Shown here piece by piece: positions 23,088 through 34,390 of a stretch of DNA of 48,739 nucleotides. A model generated the notes under the pieces. That model ran no database searches. It was given only the letters and a program-made list of their open reading frames with translations, and was not told the origin of the DNA. Positions within the stretch are counted from its first letter, which is position 1. Every line of letters starts with the position of its first letter. The position numbers and the translations under genes were made by a program. Source of the stretch: Octopus bimaculoides (Eukaryota); assembly GCF_001194135.2 (NCBI RefSeq), contig NC_068983.1, positions 58,613,371 through 58,662,109 on the forward strand, in the 5' to 3' direction.

Positions 23088-23389
23088 AGAGCAAAAGCGA
23101 AAATGTGACACATCATCACTTGCACTGCCGGCGCCATCGCTGATGCGCGCACGGTGCCTTAAAGCATCGTTCCTGGGTCGGGTCCGCACATTTGCGACCA
23201 TGTTTCCGTGTGTCGTCACGTTCCTGCTCCGACTCAGGTGTAGCAGGTGACTGGGAACCCGAAAGGTGGCGATCAACGCTCAGTCGGGACAAAGCCAGAG
23301 GAAACTCTGATGGAAGGCTGAAGCATCTCTGCTGTGCAAAGCAATTGGTGGAACCGGGTACATGCTAAACCAGTCGCAAAAGCTAATTG
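23088..23389 (+). rRNA. Divergent 28S (LSU) rRNA-like fragment, D3 region and downstream core; probably a pseudogene or foreign sequence
   Basis: ACCCGAAAGGTGGCGATC..GGGACAAAGCCAGAGGAAACTCTGATGGA..CTG..GTGCAAA..GGGTA..GCAAAAG.CTAATTG aligns by eye with the conserved eukaryotic LSU block GACCCGAAAGATGGTGAACTATGC..AAGCCAGAGGAAACTCTGGTGGAGG..CTGACGTGCAAATCG..GGGTATAGGGGCGAAAGACTAATCG. GC- and CpG-rich compared with the flanks. Confidence 0.75.
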
Positions 23390-23399
23390 GGGGGGGGGG

Positions 23400-23522
23400 G
23401 CCAAAATTTGGAAAAGAGGTTTTGTAAGGGATTATAATAATATCCATAAATAAGAAACTACGATAATTTTTTAACTAAGTTTTGACAAAAAAAAAGCGTG
23501 CTTTATACACGTTAAAATACGG
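23400..23522. mobile_element. Right end of a Tigger/pogo-like MITE
   Basis: Ends in GCGTGCTTTATACACGTTAAAATACGG|TA, the same TIR type as 2164-2587. No partner TIR seen. Confidence 0.6.
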
Positions 23523-23560
23523 TATTTCATACTACTAATGAATTAATATTTTGGTTTACA

Positions 23561-24105
23561 CAAGAGTTTCAAGAATGGTAGAGAGGTTTTGAAAAACGAT
23601 GAGAAGTGTGATGGGAGGAGAGACGTCAAAACTACAGTAAAGTTGCAATTTTCTGGATGAAGACAGTTACATGTGAATAAAGACAAACTTTGGAGCTGTG
23701 TGGCAACTTTACACTGAATTATTCATAAAGATCTGAAGATGCACAAATTTGTGTTAAGATTGTTCCCAGGCTGCTCGGCGTAGAGCTTTCTGGTAACCGA
23801 CTACTGGACAGTGATGGGCATCTAAACTGTCCCTCACCCTTTTTACATTACAGATTTTGATCTTTATGACATTTGGTTGTTTCCCAAGACGAAAGATAAC
23901 TTCAGAGACGATTGTTTTGAAGATGAAGGAGGTTGCGACCTTTGCCCTGGAGGGCTTCCATGAGGCCTTCATGAAGTGGCTGGAGCACTACACCTGCATT
24001 TAAATCAGAGGATCCTACTTTGAAGGAGATCAGTGTTTGTACTTCTTTCAAATTAACAAATGTCTCACCTGGAAAAGTCTGAAAATTTTTGAGGTGCACT
24101 GTGTA
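23561..24105 (+). pseudogene. Internally deleted mariner transposase remnant
   Basis: Fragments KSFKNGREVLKNDEKCDGR, ICVKIVPRLL, PHPFYITDFDLYDIWLFPK and FHEAFMKWLEHY..GSYFEGD correspond to mariner HTH, WVPREL, YSPDLAP and C-terminal motifs. TIR-like 3' end. Confidence 0.75.
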
Positions 24106-24174
24106 AAAACACACAAAGGTAATTAACTTAAAGATTTAAACCAGCTGCGAACTGGTCATTGACACCACGTAATA

Positions 24175-24530
24175 AATGATGATGAAGATGATGATAATGG
24201 GGATGGTGATGCTGACCACAATGAAAACGAAGATGATAACGATGCTGATGATAATAAGGTTAAGGATGACATTCAATATTAAAACCAATAACGATGATGT
24301 TATTCATGGCGAACATGATGATGATGATGATGATGATGATGCCGATGATGACAAGGAGGAGGAGGAGGAGGATTGATAGTCATGGTGATGACGTTAATGA
24401 CTAAGATAATGATGTTGATCATGATGATACTGGCAAGACCACCATGACGACGAGGATGATGACGATGACAACAATAGCAATGATGACAATGATAGTGATA
24501 GTGATGATGATGATGGTGATGTCATTCCCT
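24175..24530. repeat. Degenerate (GAT)n/(GAG)n trinucleotide repeat
   Basis: Directly visible; gives the poly-D/M ORF at 24176-24376. Confidence 0.9.
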
Positions 24531-24882
24531 TAGTTAATAAATGAATGAAACTAGTTGTTGATTAGCAATTAATCTAAATAGATTCATCTGAGTAAATAAA
24601 TTAGGGAGGTCATATTATTGAATTTATGGAAGATAATAATCAGAAGATGGAAATGAACAAATAATTTTCATCATCAATGACTTTCAAAAGATTGCTCGGA
24701 ATAGATAATATTATCATTGCCGGTTTAACGTCCAAATTTTCATGCCTGTATGGGTCCGGCATAATTTATGAGGCATTGTTTAGAAATCTTGTGATTTGGG
24801 ATTTACTCTCACTGTGTGACAATTTGGACAATTGTTTTCTACTATAGATCTCGGCTGACCATTGCCTTTTGCAGGAATTTCA

Positions 24883-26168
24883 TAGAATTTCCCATAAGTT
24901 CTGTCCAAATTTTGAATAAAGAAAACAAGTGATCAAATGTTATATTTAATTGAAATTTAATCATCAATGTACTTTCCCTGATTATCTATGACTTCCTTCC
25001 ATCTATTTACAAGCTTTTTAATCCCATCAATGTAAAACTCTTTTGGTTTCAAAGCAAAGAACTCTGAAATGTCAGTTTCGACCTCCCACTAGCTTGCGAA
25101 AGTTATGTCCCCCAAATGATACTGTAAACTACGAAACAAATGGTAGTCTGAAGGAGCAAGGTTGGGAGAATAAGGTGGATGAGGTATTTTTTCCCAACCA
25201 AGCTTTTCGATCTTCTGTGATGTGATCTTTGCAGTGTGGGGTCGCGCATTAACCTGATGAAACACTCCTTTTCGATTCACTAAAGCAGGTCTTTTTTCTT
25301 CAAAGCTGGGTTCAAATGCTCTAATTGCTGACAGTAGACTTCAGCATTGATTGTTGCATTAGATGGTAACAATTCAAAGTGAATTACTCCTTTGCAATCC
25401 CAGCAGATAGAGAGAAGAACCTTTTCCCCGTGATGTTCCCTTCTCAGTTGTGGTTGAGCTTTTTCCCTTTTACCAAACCACTGTTTACGACGTTTAACAT
25501 TTCGATAGAAGATCCATTTTTCATCACCAGTCACAAGTCTATCCAAAAAGAGTGAAATGAGTTCATGAGAATGGAAAGAAGAGCAGATGTCAACTTGGGA
25601 TTTGCGGTTGCTTTTGTGCAATTCATGAGGCACGTATTTTCCAAGTTTAGGAATCTTTCCAAGCGGTTGAAGATGATGATGAACAGTTGTATGGTTTGAA
25701 CTAAGCTTTATTGCCAATTCTTCAACTGATAATGCAGAATTTTCTTCAAGTAATGCCTCAAGAAACTTATCATGAAACTCAACTGGACGTCTTGTTCAAT
25801 CTTCATCTTCAAGGCTGAAATCTCCACTTCTGAATTTTGCTAATCATCTTCTGCAAGTTCTTTCATTCAAGCATTCTTTCCCATAAACTGAGTGTATGTT
25901 TCGAGTCGCTTCGGTTGCAGAGGTTGCTTTTTTTGTACTCATGAAGCATTATGTACCTCAAATGCTCATTGGATACTTCCATATTAGAAAGGGTTTTAAT
26001 CAAAGAAATTTTAATCCTATTATTCTGTAAAATGGTATTTAATTAGTTTAAATGTACACAAATGCATAAAAATAATTTTTTAATTCCATTAGACATTCTA
26101 AAATACTATTAAATTTCATTCAATTTTAAAAAAGGTAAAATCAGACAGAACTTATGGGATGACCTGTT
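24883..26168 (-). mobile_element. Full-length (~1.29 kb) defective mariner (DD34D) element
   Basis: 16-bp perfect TIR core TCCCATAAGTTCTGTC (24890-24905) / GACAGAACTTATGGGA (26144-26159) enclosing a decayed transposase. Confidence 0.92.
24957..25982 (-). pseudogene. Mariner transposase pseudogene
   Basis: MEVSNEHLRYIML..., GKYVPHEL (WVPHEL), VTGDEKWIFY (D1), HQVNARPH (D2 mutated), PHPPYSPNLAPSDYHLF (D3) and KLVNRWKEVIDNQGKYIDD*. Several stops and frameshifts. Confidence 0.92.
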
Positions 26169-27193
26169 ATATAAATTTGAGTGATGTTTCTCTGTCCATT
26201 ACGTTTTTTATGTTCATTAACCCCTCCTACACCATTGATGCAAGGAAACGAAACTTAAACCAGCAACTCCCCTAACCTCAGGTAATGTCCTAAGGGGTTT
26301 TTTTTTTAAGGGCTGCCTAATTGGAACCCCACTGATCCTCCTATTTTTACTGCCTTTTAAACTAAATTCATGGCATTGGCGACCAAATCGGAGTATTGAT
26401 AATGAATCTCATACCATGAACTCTGAAGGAGTATCGTAAGAAGGTTCAATTTCTGAAGGGCTGCTTAAATGGGGCACCACTGACCCCACTATTTTTACTG
26501 CATTTACCTCACTCCTACGCTTATTGATTAACCTATGATCAGCATCAGTGCTTGACACATTTACAGAAATAAGTTTTATTACAAAAGGCAAAGCAGCCTG
26601 ATAGTGGGGCCAAAGGCCTCAAAGATGCCCACCACAGGAGCTAGAATGAATGCCACCCTAAGGGCAGTTTCAGGTCTAGTATGTTATACACCTTGCCTTC
26701 AAACTGACTGGTCATTGCTGGCCTCGGCTCCCACATTGTCCTCTAGGACTTCCTCCATTTCTTCTTTGTGTAGCCCCACTAAGCTCATCTGATAGCTGCA
26801 AAGTGTTTTTTGTTGTATTTGTTGTATATGTATAATTAGTTTTTTTCTTCTGTTGTATATAGCCGTAAGGCTACATGCTGTTTTATATGCAGAATTCTGT
26901 CTGTTGTGTTTATATGATGTCTTGTTTGTTTCTGTCTTAGTACACTTTCGCTAGCTTTTCCCCAGTAACTTAATAAAAAGCACTGGCACCTCCAAGATTA
27001 AGTGTTCTCAATGGTAATTGGTATGAAACTGCTATGATATTTTGCATCATTGACCGACAGAGAAAACTCAGCTGCAAATATTCTGTGTATCGAGTCATCG
27101 TCTAATTTCTTGTGCATTGAGTTTCTGTCTAGTTTCCCGTTGGCTCTGCTTTCATCTGAATTCTTCTCCTTGTTGTATTCTTTCTCGATATAT

Positions 27194-27245
<52 letters not shown>

Positions 27246-28084
27246 NNNNNNNNNNNNNNNNNNNNNNNNNNNNNNNNNNNNNNNNNNNNNNNNNNNNNNN
27301 NNNNNNNNNNNNNNNNNNNNNNNNNNNNNNNNNNNNNNNNNNNNNNNNNNNNNNNNNNNNNNNNNNNNNNNNNNNNNNNNNNNNNNNNNNNNNNNNNNNN
27401 NNNNNNNNNNNNNNNNNNNNNNNNNNNNNNNNNNNNNNNNNNNNNNNNNNNNNNNNNNNNNNNNNNNNNNNNNNNNNNNNNNNNNNNNNNNNNNNNNNNN
27501 NNNNNNNNNNNNNNNNNNNNNNNNNNNNNNNNNNNNNNNNNNNNNNNNNNNNNNNNNNNNNNNNNNNNNNNNNNNNNNNNNNNNNNNNNNNNNNNNNNNN
27601 NNNNNNNNNNNNNNNNNNNNNNNNNNNNNNNNNNNNNNNNNNNNNNNNNNNNNNNNNNNNNNNNNNNNNNNNNNNNNNNNNNNNNNNNNNNNNNNNNNNN
27701 NNNNNNNNNNNNNNNNNNNNNNNNNNNNNNNNNNNNNNNNNNNNNNNNNNNNNNNNNNNNNNNNNNNNNNNNATATACATATACACACACACACACCCAT
27801 ACATACATACATAAATTCATACACACACATATATTTATATATACATATATACATTCATGTATATGTGATTGTATATTGTTATCCTGATATCACATGCTGG
27901 TTGTAAATGAGCGTCACTGCCACACAAGTGGTGTCACTCGTTTCCAATATTGTGTGAAAATATGTTCGAACAGGTTGGAGTCGATTGGTATTAAAAGAGT
28001 TAAATGTACGAAAGCAGAGATCAAGAGAGGAGACAGCAGAGAGAGAGGATAAAGAGTGGAGGAGAGGGGGAGAGATAGAAGTGG

Positions 28085-28095
28085 AGATAGATAAG

Positions 28096-28126
<31 letters not shown>

Positions 28127-28335
28127 CAGAAGAGGTTAGAGCAGAGAGAGAGAGAGAGAGAGAGAAAGAGAACAAGAAACTTGAGGAAATACTGAAACGC
28201 AGTAGGAAAAAGATAACATGTATGTATGTGTGTGTGTGTATGTGTGTGTACGCGTGCATGCGTGTATGCGTGTGTGTGTGTGTGCGTGCATGTACATGTG
28301 TATGTGTCTATGTGCTTGTGTGCGTGTGCGTGTAT
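28085..28335. repeat. (GA)n and (TG)n microsatellites
   Basis: Directly visible. Confidence 0.9.
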
Positions 28336-28812
28336 TTGTATAGGTGGAAAAGATTTTCTCACCCAATGGTTAGTGCCAGGAAAATAACAGAGCCTGCTGC
28401 ATTTAATTAAAGGAAAATAGATCCTAACCGTGCATTCTGCTAAAGCAAACTGGTCAGATGCCCTGCATTGCCAGATTATTAAAACCAAACGTTTGAAGCA
28501 ATGAGCAAATGACTGTGCATTTAATCCCATCAGTCCTTCTGGCAACAAGCATATCCTTAGCCTAGTGACTTCAACTAAATATGATTTATTATTAAAATTT
28601 CTGGTCTGTTTAAACCAGGTTATCTATAGCACACATGATGCAGCCTCTACGCTCGTCTCTTTACCTGCATGTAGATGCAGCGATCCATGAGTCACTAGCA
28701 TACACACACAAACACACACATACATGTGTACACGCACACGCACACACATACTTGTGTACATACACATACACACATGTACACCTATTCCTACATATCAATA
28801 TAAAGACATATT

Positions 28813-29047
28813 GGGTAGCGAGCTGGCAGAACCGTTAGCACGCCACGCAAAATGCTTAGCAGTATTTTGCCTGCCATTATGTTCTGAGTTCAAATTCTGC
28901 TGATGTCGACTTTGCCCTTCATCCTTTCGGGGCTGATTAAATAAGTACCAGTTACGCACTGGGGTCAATATAATCGACTTAATCTCTTTGTCTGTCCTTG
29001 TTAGTCCCCTCTGTGTTTAGCTCCCTGTGGGCAATAAAGAAATAAGT
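28813..29047 (+). mobile_element. SINE family A (tail type 1)
   Basis: GAGCTGGCAGAACCGTTAGC...GGGCAATAAAGAAATAAG. Confidence 0.9.
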
Positions 29048-29049
29048 AT

Positions 29050-29146
29050 GAACACATACATATATGTACATATGTATATACAGACATATGTATGTATACA
29101 AATATCTATCTATATGTATACATATTTATATAAATATATATGTATT

Positions 29147-29234
<88 letters not shown>

Positions 29235-29440
29235 TGTATATATATATATATACGTATGTACATCTGTATATGTATATTTTTATGTATATATACTTGCAAT
29301 GCCGTTTCCTATGACTTCAGTTTATATAAACATATGCATACATACATACATACATTTATATATATGTGTGTGTATGTGAGTGTATGCATGTATATTTGTG
29401 TGTATACATTTATATATATACGTGTGTGTGTGTGTGTGTG
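29050..29440. repeat. (TA)n-rich compound microsatellite
   Basis: Pure (TA)n at ~29149-29230 with degenerate flanks. Confidence 0.95.
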
Positions 29441-30496
29441 GACGATCCGGGAGTCGTGCTGAGCTGTGGATTAGCTCATCACATTTCTCTTATATAACCA
29501 AATATCACACAAATGAACTTAGTAAATAAGCAAAACGAACATTAGTGTCAAAAGTAGATGCAATTCATACAGCAAAGAACAGTCACTGGATACTTCTTCA
29601 TAAAGCAACTCTTATTATTAAATGTGGTCATAGTTTTAGCATCATTTAACATTTCGGCAAGCGCCAATACTTCATACAACAACAACAACAACAATGATTA
29701 TTACATTCTAGTCATTCCCTTTGATTAACTCATAGCTATTGGGAAAGGCTTTCCCTTTCTGCGATGAAATTTATAATCTATTCAAGCTGTGAATCTATTT
29801 TAATAGATGTCATGCTGTATTCATCAGTTGTAAACTTCTCATTTTGAGGAATAAACAGATTATATCATTCCATTTCTTCACCTCCCTACCTGTATATCCA
29901 TCTACCTGCCTGCCTGCCTACCTACCTTCTTACTCACCTATGTACATATGTACCTATTTAATCTCTCTATTCACAAACTTATCTACCATCTCTATCTATC
30001 AATCGGCTATTCATCCATCTAATGTGCACAATAAAATTCAAACACAAGTTCAAATGCAAATATAATGTTTATGGCAACACATCAAGGTTAAAAATGTTTG
30101 ATCTGTTAATTCTCATAAATATGTTTGTTACTAGTTGCCATATAAATTGAAATGATATGAATTATATATACATACATAAATATATAGGCATACATATAGA
30201 CATACACTCATACACACACACATACAGACAGACAGACAGACACACAGAGAGAGATAGAGAGACAGAGAGAGAGAGAGAAACGCGCATAGATAGATATGCA
30301 TATAGTAATCAAGGCCGTGTGGTTAAGATGCTTGCTCGCCAGCCATGTGGTTTTTGATTCAGTTCTGCTACATGTGTGTATGGCCAAGCCTGTTCTACGA
30401 GAGCCCTGGGTCAACCAAAGCCTTGTGAGCGGATTTCGTAGATGAAAACTTTAATGAACCCATCATACAAGTATATGTCTTTGTATATGGGAGTGT

Positions 30497-30681
30497 TTGG
30501 CGTTAGGAAGGGCATCCAGCTGTAGAAACTCTGCCAAATCAGATTGGAGCCTGGTGTCGCCTCCTGGTCCACCAGTNNNNNNNNNNTGGAGCCTGGTGTC
30601 GCCTCCTGGTCCACCAGTCCTCAATCAAATCGTCCAACCCATGCTAGCATGGAAAGCGGACGTTAAACGACATTGATGATG
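30497..30681 (+). mobile_element. 5'-truncated family C retroposon
   Basis: Perfect 12-bp TSD ATATGGGAGTGT (30485-30496 / 30682-30693) and a GAT tail; contains a 10-N gap. Confidence 0.9.
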
Positions 30682-30795
30682 ATATGGGAGTGTCTTTGTG
30701 CGTTTTTGTGTGTTTGTGTGCAACCCAGGCTTGACATCAGCTGATGGCTGCAAATAAGCATCGCCATTATACAATTAGTACTATTTTCAGTCTTC

Positions 30796-31013
30796 GAAGG
30801 CGACGAGCTGGCAGAATCATGAGCATGCTGGACAAAATGCTTTGTGGTATTTCACCCATCGCTACATTCTGAGTTCAAATTCTGCCGAGGTCGACTTTAA
30901 CTTTCATCCTCTCGGAGTCGATAAAATAAGTACCAGTTACACACTGGGGTTGATATAATCGACTTACCCCTCCCCCAAATTTCAGGCCTTGTGCCTATAG
31001 TGGAAAGGATTAT
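30796..31013 (+). mobile_element. SINE family A (tail type 2)
   Basis: 12-bp TSD TTTTCAGTCTTC (30784-30795 / 31014-31025). Confidence 0.9.
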
Positions 31014-31079
31014 TTTTCAGTCTTCTGCGAAAAATCTGTCACATCAATTTTCGTCTGACCCATGAAAACATGAAAAAGT

Positions 31080-31252
31080 GGATATTAAATGAGAATGGTC
31101 ATGATCGTGATCATGATCACCATGACGACAACAACGATGATGACGCGACAAGGACGACGATGATTACTGTTATGACAACAACGATGACTATGATGACAAC
31201 GACAATGACGATGAGGACGACAGTGATGATGATGACGATGATGATGTTGATA
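31080..31252. repeat. Degenerate (GAT/GAC)n repeat continuing the SINE tail
   Basis: Directly visible. Confidence 0.85.
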
Positions 31253-32458
31253 ATTGCATTTTATTTTGGGGTTGAATTACTGGTGTAAATTCGCTTGACT
31301 CTTTCGAAATCGATTTTATTAACTACATCTGATTAAATTCAATACATTTTCCTATACATTTTCCAGAACCTTGCATTGAGTGAAGTTTACACTATTTGAT
31401 TATGTGAATATTAGCAAATATAGATTTAGTTATTGATGGACACTAGTTTGTGAAGATTGTGAATGTGAAGGTAATCTTCAGCTGGGGAATCGATACATTT
31501 ATGTAGTTTCAGTTACAGCTCATAACTTATTCGCCTCATGCTGCTAATCTTGTCATTATAATGGCTGTTGTTTAGCCTCAAGTCAAGCCTAATCATGCAA
31601 GCGCAAGGTAAAAGTATTCCAGCCATGACCATTCCATTTGTTGAGAAGCTTGTGGCAACCTTAAGAGTAATTGAACCAATTACATTCAGTTAAAATTTAT
31701 ACTTCATTCACCTTGTATTGTTGATGTTATTATTGTTGTTAAGTCTCAGGTGAATCAGTCATAATCAAGCATATATGTGGTCAAGGATATTCCATTCATG
31801 ACCTTCCCATCGTTTTCCAAGACTGATTTTTAAGAATATATAATATTATTCAACATGTCATTCCTTCCTTATGGCGCTAAGTCGTTATTTGATGAAGGTT
31901 TGGCTGATGTTTCTAGAAATCACCCACTTCTCTTTCCAGGCACATTGTTTCTCTGTTGAGCTTCTTGTCAATCAAGAATCCCTTTTTTTTTTCTAATAAC
32001 CTTTTCCTTCTAACTGCTGCTTTAAGGATCTCACTACCATCGTATTCTCTTCGTCTAGTCCTTGATAGTTACTCCTTTAAGATTTCGCTCAATTTAGGAT
32101 TTGTAGGTCGCCTCTTTTCCTTTTTCATAGTCATTTCACTCGATTTCTTTCCATTTTTAATTAGAATAAATAATTGGCTCTTCATATAATAAATGAAAGC
32201 TAATGCTGCAAGTTGATTTATAAAGCACAAAGACAGAGATGCTGGTGAGCATCAATATATTTGGCTATAAAAAAATCAACATAGGGTTTGTTTTCCTTTA
32301 GAGAATCTAGTGGAATACGAATCAGTTCAGCAGTGACCATCCCTCTCAAAATTATAACTACTAACGGATTTGAAACAGGCAATGCAAATTAATGAGAAAT
32401 GTTCAAGTTTACACTATCTACATCAGAGAATCGTTTCCATCGTTTAATCTATGTTTAC

Positions 32459-32842
32459 GGTGGAGGCACAATGGCCCAGTGGTTAGGGCAGTGGACTCGT
32501 GGTTGTAGGATCGCAGTTTCGATTCCCATACCGGGCATTGAGAGTGTTTATTGAGTAAAAACACCTAAAGCTCCTTGCGGCTCCAGCAGGGGGCAGTGGT
32601 GAACCTTGCTGTATTCTTTCATCACAACTTTCTCTAACTCTTTCTTCCTGTTTCTGTTGTCCTGTATTTCACAGGGCCAGCCTTGTCACACTCTGTGTCA
32701 TGCTGAATCTCCCCAAGAACTACATTAAGGGTACACGTGTCTGTGGAGCACTCAGCCACTTACATGTTAATTTCACAAGCTGGCTGTTCCGTTGATCAGA
32801 TCAACTGGAACCCTCATCACCGTAACCGATGGAGTGCCATGA
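32459..32842 (+). mobile_element. SINE family D, full length
   Basis: Head GTGGAGGCACAATGGCCCAGTGG and tail GATGGAGTGCC. 9-bp TSD TATGTTTAC (32450-32458 / 32843-32851). Confidence 0.92.
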
Positions 32843-32884
32843 TATGTTTACAGTTTAGCGGATTGTGAGTTACAATTTTTCCTC

Positions 32885-33065
32885 TCAGATTCATCATTAT
32901 CAACCTCAATCTTGTCAAAGACAACCTCAAATGTGTCACCGTCAGCCACAATTCCATTATCTTCAATCTTGATTGCATTGTTATCTATCTTGATCTTGTC
33001 ATCGTCAACTTTAATTTCATCGTTGTAAACTTTAATTTCAGCATTGTCAGCTTGAACATCACAAG
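32885..33065 (-). repeat. Degenerate 21-bp minisatellite, open in one frame (7-aa D/N/E-I-K repeats)
   Basis: About eight units such as GCTGACAATGCTGAAATTAAA / GTTTACAACGATGAAATTAAA / GTTGACGATGACAAGATCAAG, within ORF 32848-33081. Confidence 0.7.
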
Positions 33066-33290
33066 TTACCTCAGACTTCACTATTTTATTATATAATTAA
33101 ATGGATGTTGAAATGATATTTAAATAAACATTAGATTTTAAAATGTTTCAGTAGCGAGTGTTTACAGGATCGTGAGTTCAGGCATACGATATTTGCATAA
33201 TAGTTTGGAAATACATTTTAACATCATTCCAAGTTCTGAAAAGCATCATCATTCACTTTCACAAATGTTAGGAAACAATGTAAAAAAAAT

Positions 33291-33294
<4 letters not shown>

Positions 33295-33386
<92 letters not shown>
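33295..33386. repeat. Pure (CA)n
   Basis: Directly visible. Confidence 0.97.
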
Positions 33387-33388
<2 letters not shown>

Positions 33389-33619
33389 GGCGGCGAGCTG
33401 GCAGAAACGTTAGCACGCCGGGCGAAATGCTTAGCGGTATTTCGTCTACCGCTACGTTCTGAGTTCAAATTCCGCCGAGGTCGACTTTGCCCTTCATCCT
33501 TTCGGGGTCGATTAAATAAGTACCAGTTACGCACTGGGTCGGTATAATCGACTTAATCCGTTTGTCTGTCCTTCTTTGTCCCCTCTGTGTGTAGCCCCTT
33601 GTGGGTGGTAAAGAAATAA
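33387..33619 (+). mobile_element. SINE family A (tail type 1), young-looking, inserted in (CA)n
   Basis: CpG-intact head AAGGCGGCGAGCTGGCAGAAACGTTAGCACGCCGGGCG; CA repeats on both flanks. Confidence 0.93.
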
Positions 33620-33693
33620 CACACACAGGCATGCAGGTAGATAAATAGATAGATAGACAAACAGACATACAGACATACAGTTAGGTAGGTAGG

Positions 33694-33759
<66 letters not shown>

Positions 33760-33894
33760 GACAGACGGACAGACAGACATGCAAGCAAGCATGCTTGCAT
33801 ATATATACACACACACTCACACATACACACACACAAACACACACATACATACATACGTACACGCATGCTCACACACACACATACACACATATAG

Positions 33895-34390
33895 GCAGAG
33901 GCGTGGCTGTGTAATAAGTTTGCTTTCCAATCACATGTTTCTGAGTTCAGTCCCACTGCATGGCACCTTGGGTAAGTTTCTTCTATTATAACCCCAAGCC
34001 GACCAAAGTCTTGTGAATGGATTTGGTTGACAAAAACTGAAAGAAATCATTTTGTATATATGTATATGCACATACATGTGTGTGTGTGTGTGTGTGTGTG
34101 CGCGTCATATGTATATGCACATATGTAAATGTGTTTGTGTGTGTGTGTGTGTTATTGTTTTCTTGCCATGACATCGTGGGGCAGTCGTAAATAAGATTCA
34201 CTGTCATACAAGCAGGGTCGTTCATTTCCAATCTTCCATGAAGATATATATCTGGTCATGGGGAAATATTACCTTACTTGGAAACAGGTGAGGGTTGGTG
34301 ATGAGACGGACATCCAGCTGTAGAAAATCCACTTCGATAAACCCTATCTGGCCCATACAAGCGAGGAAAATTGAACTATAAAATGACAAG
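33895..34390 (+). mobile_element. B-headed SINE with the alternative body and a C-like tail
   Basis: B head, (TA)/(TG) tract, then GTCATACAAGC..GGGGAAATATTACCTT..GGAAACAGGTGAGGG..CATCCAGCTGTAGAAAA. A body fragment also occurs at ~27885-27975. Confidence 0.75.

Larger units (their letters stand above)
30312..31080 (+). mobile_element. Old B-headed SINE with an alternative body, carrying two nested insertions
   Basis: B-like head at 30312-30490; body resumes at 30694 and 31026; tail GTCTGACCCATG..CATGAAAAAGTGGATATTAAATGA. Confidence 0.65.

Noticed and set aside
24176-24376. Acidic poly-D/E protein ORF (also 31070-31288)
   Set aside because: Trinucleotide repeat with no splice or domain support.
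28370-28550. Enhancer-like island (TTAATTAA, CAGATG, TAATCC motifs)
   Set aside because: Short motifs are expected by chance in AT-rich DNA; this cannot be supported without conservation or chromatin data.
30545-30618. 32-bp exact direct repeat TGGAGCCTGGTGTCGCCTCCTGGTCCACCAGT
   Set aside because: The two copies flank a 10-N gap and other family-C copies have only one; this is an unmerged contig overlap.
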